The position numbers and the translations under genes were made by a program. From Nostoc parmelioides FACHB-3921 (GTDB lineage: Bacteria; Cyanobacteriota; Cyanobacteriia; Cyanobacteriales; Nostocaceae), in the NCBI RefSeq assembly GCF_014696625.1, contig NZ_JACJQL010000033.1, positions 1 to 32,000 on the forward strand: a stretch of DNA of 32,000 nucleotides, read 5' to 3'. The notes beneath the pieces were generated by a model. The model did no database searches and was not told the origin of the DNA. It was given only the letters and a program-made list of their open reading frames with translations. Of this stretch, positions 6,086-15,200 are shown one piece after another; the first letter of the stretch is position 1; each line of letters begins with the position of its first letter.

Positions 6086-8209
6086 ATGCTGGGAAACACA
6101 CTTGTTGGAAGATACCAAATTATTAGCCACTTGGGAGGAGGGGGATTTGGTGAAACTTTTGTGGCTTGTGATACTCATCTACCAGGATTACCTAAGTGTG
6201 TAGTGAAAAAACTCCAACCCCAAGCAAACGATTCGGCTACGTTGGAAATAGCCAGGCGATTATTTGATACAGAGGCGCAAGTTTTATATAAGTTGGGAAG
6301 TTGCGATCGCATTCCTCAACTTTTGGCTTATTTTGAGGAGAATGCAGAGTTCTATCTGGTACAGGAATTTATCCCTGGTCACGACCTGAGTAAAGAGTTA
6401 ACGCCAGGAAAAGTCTTTACTCAAGATGAGGTGACAATACTATTACAAGAGATTCTGACCATCTTGGAATTTGTCCATCAGCAAAATGTGATTCACCGTG
6501 ATATTAATCCGCGCAATTTACTCAGGCGACAGGATGGTAAGTTAATTCTCATCGACTTTGGGGCAGTGAAGCAAATCACAACCCAAATAGTGACCCCCAG
6601 TGGTGAAAATAAATCTACTGTGATTATTGGTACACCAGGTTACATACCCGGAGAACAAGCCCAAGGTAATCCCAAATTTAGTAGTGATATCTATGCTGTG
6701 GGGATAGTTGCAATTCAAGCACTGACGGGATTATTACCCCATCAACTAGAACATGATGCTGATACTCATGAAATTATCTGGCAAAATCATGCTCAAGTCT
6801 CGTCAGAGTTTGCCAGATTTATAGACAAAATGGTGTGTTATGATTTCCGCCAACGCTATGGTTCAGCGACGACTGCATTACAAGCACTCACAGAATTAAC
6901 ACAACCAACGTCTGGGACAATCGCCATAACTCCCACTTTACCACCTGCCAAATTTAGATTTAATCACGCTAAAAAAAATATATTCATCAAATTATTATTA
7001 GCAATTTTATTAATTAGTGCGACTGGTACAGCTTCAGTATTTGTTGTCAATAGTATTAATAGTAATAATGCTACAGAATTGGCTAAACAAGGTAATACTT
7101 TTTTTGAATTGCAACGATACAAAGATGCTTTATCTGCTTATAAAAAAGCGGTTGATATTAGACCAGATTATGCTCCTGCTTGGTATGGCAAAGGAAAAAC
7201 TTTATTTCGACTCAAGCAATATCAAGACGCATTGACAGCTTATGATAAAGCCATTCAAATCCAACCAGATTATGTAGAAGCTTGGAGTGGTAGGGGTTTT
7301 AGTTTGCAAAGTTTACAGCGTTATGCAGAAGCGATCGCCTCTTTTGATAAAGCTTTACAACTCAATGAAAATTATCCAGAAGTCTGGAATGCTAGAGGGG
7401 AAGCTTTTAGTAATTTAAAACAGTATGATCAAGCAATTAAATCTTATGATAAAGCTATTGAATTTAACTCAGATGCTTACGAGAGTTTTTATAATAAGGG
7501 ATTAGCTTTGCAAAGCCTCAAAGAATATAATGAAGCCATAAACGCTTATAATAAAGCCATCGAAGTTAAATCAGATTATGAGAGAGCATGGTATAATTTG
7601 GGAAACTCTCTAGTGAATTTAAATCGCTACGAAGATGCTTTTAATGCTTATGATAAAGCAGTACAATATAAAACAGATTATGCTATAGCTTGGTTATCTA
7701 GAGGTAACGTCTTGATTATTTTACGACGCTATCCAGAAGCGATTGAGTCTTTTAATCAAGTTATAAAATTTAATCCTAATAATTATCAAGCATGGTATGG
7801 CAGAGGTTGGTCACAGCATCAAAACCAACGCTATGCAGAGGCGATAGAATCCTATAAGAAAGCGGCAACAATTAAGCCCAGTAATTATCAGGTTTGGTAT
7901 AGTTTAGGCAATTCTCAGTATATTTTACAGCAATATCAAGAGGCGATCGCATCCTATAATAGGGCGGTGCGTTACCGACCAAAGCATATTGAAAGTTGGT
8001 ACAGTCGGGGTAATGCCTTATTTAGTTTAAAACAATACAAAGAGGCGATCGCATCCTATGAACAAGCAATTAAACATAAACCAGATTATAACCAAGCAAT
8101 TAACGCCCGTGACGAAGCCCAGCGTCAACTCCAAGCTGCAACACCAAAACCTGTAGTTATCCCAGTCATGCCTACTCCTGAATTTACTAATCCTCCGCAA
8201 GACAATTAA
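6086..8209 (+). CDS. Hanks-type Ser/Thr protein kinase with a TM segment and about 10 TPR repeats
   Basis: GGGGFGETF glycine loop, VVKKL lysine, HRDINPRN catalytic loop, DFG, GTPGYIPGEQ. A hydrophobic helix IKLLLAILLISATGTASVFVV follows, then 34-aa TPRs (AWYxxGxxLxxLxxYxEAIxxYxKAI). Confidence 0.92.
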   Translation: MLGNTLVGRYQIISHLGGGGFGETFVACDTHLPGLPKCVVKKLQPQANDSATLEIARRLFDTEAQVLYKLGSCDRIPQLLAYFEENAEFYLVQEFIPGHDLSKELTPGKVFTQDEVTILLQEILTILEFVHQQNVIHRDINPRNLLRRQDGKLILIDFGAVKQITTQIVTPSGENKSTVIIGTPGYIPGEQAQGNPKFSSDIYAVGIVAIQALTGLLPHQLEHDADTHEIIWQNHAQVSSEFARFIDKMVCYDFRQRYGSATTALQALTELTQPTSGTIAITPTLPPAKFRFNHAKKNIFIKLLLAILLISATGTASVFVVNSINSNNATELAKQGNTFFELQRYKDALSAYKKAVDIRPDYAPAWYGKGKTLFRLKQYQDALTAYDKAIQIQPDYVEAWSGRGFSLQSLQRYAEAIASFDKALQLNENYPEVWNARGEAFSNLKQYDQAIKSYDKAIEFNSDAYESFYNKGLALQSLKEYNEAINAYNKAIEVKSDYERAWYNLGNSLVNLNRYEDAFNAYDKAVQYKTDYAIAWLSRGNVLIILRRYPEAIESFNQVIKFNPNNYQAWYGRGWSQHQNQRYAEAIESYKKAATIKPSNYQVWYSLGNSQYILQQYQEAIASYNRAVRYRPKHIESWYSRGNALFSLKQYKEAIASYEQAIKHKPDYNQAINARDEAQRQLQAATPKPVVIPVMPTPEFTNPPQDN

Positions 8210-8664
8210 CTTATTCTCACAGATAATAAGTAATGGGTAATTGGTAAAATAAATTATAAAATTTTATCTGCAATGGGATAGAGTATTAAACCACATCAAA
8301 AACAATTTAAAGACAATATACTTATTAGTTATTACCGTTTTGTTTGAGTTGCACGGGTATTTAACTTATCCATTGGCTGGGTGTATATTCTTACTAAATG
8401 AATTAACTACATTGTAAATAATAAATACGGATAAAATTGTTATTTAGAAATCTGCCAAAATGGCAACTTAAAGAATAATTGCTAAGTTATCTTTAACGAG
8501 CATCAATAAGATTGAAACTTTTGTTATCACTGTTTATTGAGTATTTTAAAAGTATTATCTCTTATATCTAAAGTCTGACTAAGAAAGTGTGTGACTAGCA
8601 CATCAAGATCACATACTGAGAATATTTTCCTTCATCATAAAGTTCATATACCTTTAAACCCATC

Positions 8665-9600
8665 ATGCTCACAGCTATTTGTACTTTATTTGAAGGTGAT
8701 TACCACTACGGTGTGGGAAACCTGGTAAATTCTCTCTATCATCACGGTTTTCGTGGTGTAATTTGGGCGGGATATCGGGGTAATTTACCACCTTGGACTG
8801 CATCTGTTAAAAACGATGAAAACTATCAGGAATTTACTGTTGCCCAAGATTGTGTAATTCGTTTTATTAAGTTAGATACTTACAAGTGTTTTACAAACTA
8901 TAAACCAGATTTTATGCTGCAACTCTGGGAAAATTACTGCCCAGAAATTGAAGCAATATTTTATTTTGACCCTGATATTGTCAACAAAAGGCGCTGGGCT
9001 TTTTACGAAGAGTGGGTTGGTAGAGGCATTACTTTATGTGAAGATGCTTATGATTATATGCCTGCCAATGATCCTAATCGCATTGCTTGGCAGGAACTAG
9101 CAGAGCGCCACGGTTATCGTTCTCTTCGGCAATTAGATAGATATTACAATGCAGGTTTTATTGGAGTAAAACAAACTCAAAAAGAAATACTAGTATTGTG
9201 GAAAAATTTGCTAGAAACTTTTGAATCTGCTGGATATTTTGACCTCCATAATTTTCATCTTTATTCGGAGCAATATCCCTATTTTTTAACTGATCAATGT
9301 GTTTTGAATTTAGCAGTAACATTGTCTAATGAACCATTGAGTACTGTTAGCCGCTTGGGTATGGATTTCGGCAATGCCAGTACTTATCTGATGTCCCACG
9401 CATCAGGGGCAGCAATCAAGCCGTGGCGCAAAAAATTGCTTTTAAAAGCTTTGGGTGGCGTTCCTCCAAGCTTGACTGATAAAGCCTATTGGCAACATAC
9501 TCAATCACCAATTCAACTTTATCCGAGACGGTCATACTTGACGAAAAGAATTGAGCTACGCTGCGCGTCTGCTATTGGGCGCTTTATCAGACGTTCTTAG
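8665..9600 (+). CDS. GT8-like nucleotide-diphospho-sugar transferase-fold protein (putative)
   Basis: FYFDPDI (DxD), YYNAGFIGV and DQCVLNLA resemble GT8 motifs. A 455-bp AT-rich gap precedes the gene. The functional assignment is weak. Confidence 0.55.
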   Translation: MLTAICTLFEGDYHYGVGNLVNSLYHHGFRGVIWAGYRGNLPPWTASVKNDENYQEFTVAQDCVIRFIKLDTYKCFTNYKPDFMLQLWENYCPEIEAIFYFDPDIVNKRRWAFYEEWVGRGITLCEDAYDYMPANDPNRIAWQELAERHGYRSLRQLDRYYNAGFIGVKQTQKEILVLWKNLLETFESAGYFDLHNFHLYSEQYPYFLTDQCVLNLAVTLSNEPLSTVSRLGMDFGNASTYLMSHASGAAIKPWRKKLLLKALGGVPPSLTDKAYWQHTQSPIQLYPRRSYLTKRIELRCASAIGRFIRRS

Positions 9601-9623
9601 TTTAATTAGTCATTGCTGATTAC

Positions 9624-9690
9624 TCAACGGTCAACGGTCAAAAGTCAAAAGTCAACAGTCAACAGTCAACAGTCAACAGTCAACAGTCAC
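9624..9690. repeat. STRR heptamer array (TCAACGG x2, TCAAAAG x2, TCAACAG x5)
   Basis: Counted directly. The array lies between convergent genes. Confidence 0.9.
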
Positions 9691-9709
9691 TAATTCTTCC
9701 TCCAGTCTC

Positions 9710-11206
9710 CTAACTCCTGTTATCAATTTGCGCGCGTTGTAAACTGCCGGAAAAGTCTACGTAAACGCTTTTCCATTCTGTGAACACATCTAAAGCGGTG
9801 GTGCCGGCTTCCCGGTGTCCGTTACCGGTTTGTTTGACACCACCAAAAGGTAAGTGTACTTCTGCGCCAATGGTGGGGCCGTTGATGTAGGTGATACCGG
9901 CTTCAATGTCGCGCATGGCAGCAAAGGCGCGATTGATGTCACGGGTGTAGACTGAGGAGGAAAGACCATATTTGGTATCGTTAAGGATAGCGATCGCCTC
10001 TTCAAAGGTGCTAACCTCAATCAATGCCACTACAGGCCCAAATATCTCTTCACGAGCAACGCGCATCTGTGGGGTGACGTTATCTAAAATCGTGGGTTGA
10101 AAAAAGTAGCCCTGTTGTAATTTTCCCTCGGTGGCAATTTCCCCACCGATTAAAATCTTGGCTCCTTCTTCACGGGCAATATTCATATATTCATGTACCC
10201 GTTGCAACTGTCGGTTATTAATTATCGGCCCAATATCTGTCTCAGGTTCATTACCAGCACCCAAACGTAATTGGCTGGCACGTTCACGCAACATGGTTGT
10301 AAATTTTTCTTTGATGTCACGATGTAAAATTAAGCGACTGGTAGCTGTACATCGTTGCCCTGTCGTGCCGAAGGCTCCCCACAATGCCCCATCAAGGGCA
10401 AGTTCTAAATCTGCATCTTCCATCACCACTTGAGCATTTTTCCCGCCCATCTCCAAACAGACGCGCTTGTGAGTGCGTCCACAAGTTTCGCCAACATACG
10501 CACCAGTGGCGGAAGAACCAGTAAATGAAACTAAATCAATTTTTGGATGTTCGACTAAAGCTTTCCCCGCTTCCTCACCCACTCCATGCACCAAGTTAAT
10601 TACGCCCGGTGGTAAACCTGCGGCGGCGAAAATCTCGATTAATTTTGTGGCACAGGCGGGGGTGTCTTCCGCAGGTTTGAGAATCACCGTATTGCCACAA
10701 ACCAAAGCTGGCATTGCTTTCCAGCAAGGAATAGCCACAGGGAAGTTCCAGGGAGTAATTAAAGCACAGACTCCAATGGGCATTCGCACAGTCATGGCGA
10801 ACTTGTTGGGCATTTCCGATGGTGTGGTTTGCCCAAACAACCGCCGTCCTTCACCAGCACTATAAAAGGCGCAGTCAACGCCTTCCTGCACATCGCCCCT
10901 AGCTTCAGTTAAGGGTTTACCCATTTCCCTACTAATGAGCTGGGCTAGTTCTTCTTTATGCTGGAGTAATAATTCGCCGACACGAAAGATATATTCGGCT
11001 CTGGCTGGGGCTGGGACTTTGCGCCAACTGCCATAGGCTTGACGGGCGGCGGCGACGGCTCTATCTACATCGTCAGGTTGGGAACGGGGGAAAGTGGCAA
11101 CAATTTCGCTCTTGTTAGCAGGGTTGTGACTGTTGAGGGTGGTTTCTGTGGCGGCGTTTAACCATTGACCATTGATGTAATTTTGGCAGTTTAGGGGAGT
11201 TTTCAT
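9710..11206 (-). CDS. NAD(P)-dependent aldehyde dehydrogenase family protein
   Basis: 498 aa. LEMGGKNA (catalytic Glu region), FGTTGQRCTA (catalytic Cys), PWNFP, EEIFGPV. Confidence 0.92.
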   Translation of the reverse strand: MKTPLNCQNYINGQWLNAATETTLNSHNPANKSEIVATFPRSQPDDVDRAVAAARQAYGSWRKVPAPARAEYIFRVGELLLQHKEELAQLISREMGKPLTEARGDVQEGVDCAFYSAGEGRRLFGQTTPSEMPNKFAMTVRMPIGVCALITPWNFPVAIPCWKAMPALVCGNTVILKPAEDTPACATKLIEIFAAAGLPPGVINLVHGVGEEAGKALVEHPKIDLVSFTGSSATGAYVGETCGRTHKRVCLEMGGKNAQVVMEDADLELALDGALWGAFGTTGQRCTATSRLILHRDIKEKFTTMLRERASQLRLGAGNEPETDIGPIINNRQLQRVHEYMNIAREEGAKILIGGEIATEGKLQQGYFFQPTILDNVTPQMRVAREEIFGPVVALIEVSTFEEAIAILNDTKYGLSSSVYTRDINRAFAAMRDIEAGITYINGPTIGAEVHLPFGGVKQTGNGHREAGTTALDVFTEWKSVYVDFSGSLQRAQIDNRS

Positions 11207-11208
11207 TT

Positions 11209-11270
11209 GGGGGATAGGGGGATATAGGGGTGTAGGGGTTTAGGGGTGTGGGGGATTAGGGGTTTAGGGG
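11209..11270. repeat. G-rich heptamer-type array (GGGGTNT/TAGGGGT units)
   Basis: gggggatagggggatataggggtgtaggggtttaggggtgtgggggattaggggtttagggg, immediately upstream of the ALDH start codon. Confidence 0.8.
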
Positions 11271-11417
11271 TAAAACTCTTACACCCTTAAACAGTTAAAT
11301 AAGTTTTAAATAAGTTTGGCTTGACTTCTAGGTTATCGTCTAGTTTACGGAATGGACAGGAGACATCAAGACAACCAATCACAGGCAAATTACACAACCA
11401 AACATGAAAATATTTTT

Positions 11418-11483
11418 CCCTTACACCCTTACACCCCCACACCCCTAAACCCTTACACCCTCACACCCCTATACCCCCACACC
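11418..11483. repeat. C-rich array, an inverted copy of the 11209-11270 repeat family
   Basis: cccttacacccttacacccccacacccctaaacccttacaccctcacacccctatacccccacacc. Its reverse complement is the same GGGGTNT family. Confidence 0.8.
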
Positions 11484-11487
11484 ACTA

Positions 11488-12246
11488 TCAAGGCGCTAAT
11501 GCCAAAACTCCCACTGGCGAACCTGAGCCACCGCGTAATCTAAGGATTGCGATCGCCAGATTACTACCTTTTGCTGGTAGTTGATGCAAATTTGTCAAAT
11601 TTTCTAACACAATACCTTGTTGCGCCAATACTAAGCGGTTGGTAGCAAAACTGGTGTCTTGTCCAGGGTCTACCCCATGAGTATCGATTCCTACGCCTGC
11701 AATCTGTCGCTCCTCCAAGAGGAATTGGGTTGCATCGCTACCAAAACCCGGAAAGTGCATGATTCCTGCGGCATCTTGGTTGAGAAAAGCGTTTTTATCA
11801 GACCATTTATTCTGCCAGCCAGTGTGTAGTAATACTACATTACCAATAGGAATTTCACCGTGTTCTGCTTCCCAGGCGAAGATATCATCAATTGTGAGTT
11901 TATAATCGGCGTTGACTGCTGCGGCTGCCTGTATATCTATGACTACAGCAGGGACAATGAGCGACTGAGCCGGGTATTGGTCAATTCCTATACCTGCTTG
12001 ATAAAAACTATTAGGAGCATTGATATGAGTGGCGCTGTGTTCCCCTATCGAGAAGCCCCGTAGATAATAGCCATCATCAGGGAGTTGGGCAACGGTGGTA
12101 AATTCAATGGGAGGGTCGCCAGGCCATTGGGGAATACCTGGGTCAATTATATGACTTAAGTGAATCACGCGGGAGTATGCGATCGTTTTTAAGCTTGACA
12201 CTCTAATCACCCACTGCAAAAATGTCTCACCATCAGAACCTACCAC
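11488..12246 (-). CDS. Cyclase-family (kynurenine-formamidase-like) metal-dependent hydrolase
   Basis: HSATHINAP matches HxGTHxDAP, and GVGIDTHGVDPG matches the second metal-binding region. GTG start lies 15 bp downstream of the WD40 gene stop. Confidence 0.8.
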   Translation of the reverse strand: MVGSDGETFLQWVIRVSSLKTIAYSRVIHLSHIIDPGIPQWPGDPPIEFTTVAQLPDDGYYLRGFSIGEHSATHINAPNSFYQAGIGIDQYPAQSLIVPAVVIDIQAAAAVNADYKLTIDDIFAWEAEHGEIPIGNVVLLHTGWQNKWSDKNAFLNQDAAGIMHFPGFGSDATQFLLEERQIAGVGIDTHGVDPGQDTSFATNRLVLAQQGIVLENLTNLHQLPAKGSNLAIAILRLRGGSGSPVGVLALAP

Positions 12247-12261
12247 TTATTTTGCTAGACT

Positions 12262-15200
12262 CTATCGCCCAGGAGTTTGGCATGACGGCAGCTCTTCTAA
12301 AACCTGTGGATGGGCTATCAGATAATTATTCAGCAAGTTGCAACCAGAGTGTAATAAGTTATCGAAATATAAATCCCAGAAAATGATGGTTTTATCACCA
12401 CCTGCGGTAGCTAACTGTTTACCATCGGGGCTGTAGATGATGCTTCTCACCCAATCACTATGACCAGTGAGAGTTTTTAGGACTTGACCACTGTTGACAT
12501 CCCAAATTTTAATTGTGTTGTCACGACTGGCGGAAGCTAATTGTTGTCCGTCGGGGCTGTAAGCGACGCTTCTCACCCAATTGCTATGACCAGAGAGAGT
12601 TTTTAAGGGTGTACCTCTGCTTACATCCCAAATTTTGATGTTATCACTGGCGGCAGCTAACTGTTTACCATCGGGACTGTAGACAACGCTTTTGACTGAA
12701 TTCTGATGACCAGAGAGAGTTTTCAGGAGTTTACCATTGTTGACATCCCAAATTTTGATGGTTTTGTCGTCGCTGGCGGAAGCTAATTGCTTTCCATCAG
12801 GGCTGTAGGTGACACTCCTCACCCAACTGCTATGACCGAAGAGAGTTTTTAGAAGTTGACCACTGTTGACATCCCAAATTTTGATTGTTGTGTCACCACT
12901 AGCGGAAGCTAATTGTTGTCCATCGGGGCTGTAGGCGACACTAATCACCCTATCTTGATGACCAAGGAGAGTTTTTAAGGGTTGACCAGTACTGACATCC
13001 CAAATTTTGATGGTTTTGTCGCTACTAGCGGAAGCTAATTGTTTTCCATCGGGGCTGTAGGTGATGCTTCTGACCCAATCACTATGACCAGAAAGAGTTT
13101 TGAGGGTTTGACCAGTGCTAATATCCCAAATTTTGATGATGTTGTCACCACTACCGGAGGCTAATTGTTTTTCCCTGGGACTGTAGGCGATGCTGATAAC
13201 AGAATCATTATGACCATAGAGTATTTTTAAGGGTTTACCGATGCTGATATCCCAGATTTTGATGGTCTTGTCACCACTGGCGGATGCTAATTGTTTGCCA
13301 TCGGGACTGTAGGCAATACTATAGACTGAATTGCTGTGACCGGAGAGGGTTTTCAGGAGTTGACCACTGCCGACATCCCAAATTTTGATGGTCTTATCAC
13401 CACTGACAGAAACTAACTGTTGTCCATTGGGACTGTAGGCGATGCTATAAACAGGCTGGTCATGACTAGAGAGAGTTTTCAGGAGTTGACCATTGCTGAT
13501 GTCCCAAATTTTGATGGTCTTGTCGCTACTGGCGGAGGCTAAATGTTTGCCGTCGGGGCTGTAAGCAATACTAATTACCCCATCACTATGACCAGAAAGA
13601 GTTTTCAGGAGTTGACCACTGTTGATGTCCCAAATTTTAACTGTCTTGTCTCGACTAGCGGAAGCCAATTGTTTTCCATCAGGACTGTAGGTAACGCTTC
13701 TTACTGCATGATTATGGCCAGAGAGAGTTTTTAGGCTTTTACCAATGTTAATATCCCAAATTTTAACTGTCTTATCATCACTGGCAGAAGCTAATTGTTG
13801 TCCATCGGGACTATAGGCGATGCTGATGACGGAATCACGATGACCAAAGAGGGTTTTCAGGCTTTTACCACTGCTGATATCCCAAATTTTAATTGTCTTA
13901 TCACCACTACCAGAAGCTAATTGTTGCCCATCGGGACTATGGGCGATGCTGATGACGGAATCATTATGACCGGAGAGGGTTTTTAGGAGTTGACCATTGT
14001 TAATATCCCAAATTTTAACTGTCTTATCACCGCTACCAGAGGCTAACTGTCGTTTTTGTGGGGCAAAGGCGACACTACTCACCCAATTTTCATGACCTGC
14101 CAAAGTATTCACCTCTGTGGCACGATTTTCTTTATATTCATTGGGCTGTAAGTAGATAGCTCGCTGTAAAGTTGCCGCAGTTTGTATTGTGGCAGAACTT
14201 TTTTCTCTCTCCCACGGTGTACCCTTGAGTTTGTTAGCTGCTTTTAGTGCTTCTATCAAAGCATCAGGATATTGTTTAGAGACAAAAAAAGCTTCTGAAG
14301 AATTATTCAAGGCGTTAATTTCGTTAATTCCGGCGCTAATTTCGGCGTTTTGTGTCTGTTTTTTGGCTTCATTTGCTAACTGCACTGCTAAAGCGGTTAA
14401 AACAACAATACCTATACCCACAGCCACTGAACTAAACAAAGCACGTTGTAGAAAGCGGTAAAGTTTGGCTTCACTTAGTTTTCTTTGCTCTCTTTCTTTG
14501 TCCAGTTCCGCTATCACCTGTTTTAATTTTTGTTGTTGTTGCTGGCGGATAAAGGCGGCTAAATAGTCATGCACCAATTGATAACGGTCAGTGGGTTTTT
14601 CTGGGAGCAAAACAACTAAGCCAGATTTGACGAAAATATCTAAAACTAAATCGAATTGCTGGAGAGTTAAGATTTGCTCATTTCTCACAGGCTGTTGTGA
14701 AGATTTTGGCGTAATTTTGCCCTGTTTTTGCCGTGGTATTGGGGAAATTTGTGCAGATTCCACATCATAAGCAGAAAAATATTGCTGAAAATCCCGTTCT
14801 AATTCCCCCCGTGTCTTTAGGGGACGAGTTCCTCTTTCATCGGTCAGAGAATACAGCAGAAACTCCGCCAATTGCTGATTTTCTTCGCCGCAGTCATGGA
14901 TAACCTCATTTAAATAATGCTGCACTAAGTCTTGTTTGGTGCCGAAACGCCGATATTTTTCTAAGGTGGTGATATTCTCGGTTTGTAATTGCGCTCCCAC
15001 AATTTGCAACTCAATGGGGCGAACTTCACCCAATTCTCCTGCTAAATCTTCTACCAGTGCATCTATTAAGTCAGGTTCTAAGTTAAAGCTAGTATTTGCA
15101 GTTAGACGCTGGATAATTGACTTTGTATCATTGGGGGAGAAGTTTCCCAACTTGTAAAGCACGTTATTACTAAGAATGTCATTACCAATAATCTGAAATT

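Noticed and set aside
5661-7235. ORFs 5661-5855 (+), 5984-6178 (-) and 7017-7235 (+)
   Set aside because: They are antisense to the rhomboid gene, overlap the divergent promoter and the kinase 5' end, or are out of frame inside the kinase TPR region. Their translations are AT-rich with no motifs.
9790-10865. ORFs 9790-10020 (-), 10131-10433 (+) and 10473-10865 (+)
   Set aside because: They are embedded in the aldehyde dehydrogenase gene in alternative frames. Such ORFs are typical of GC-richer coding sequence.
11352-11543. ORF 11352-11543 (+) encoding a P/T/Y-rich peptide
   Set aside because: Most of it is the translation of the C-rich heptamer array, and it overlaps the 3' end of the cyclase gene.
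11860-15157. Plus-strand ORFs 11860-12063, 13543-13734, 14189-14461 and 14936-15157
   Set aside because: They are antisense to the cyclase gene and the giant STAND-WD40 gene, and have no independent signals.
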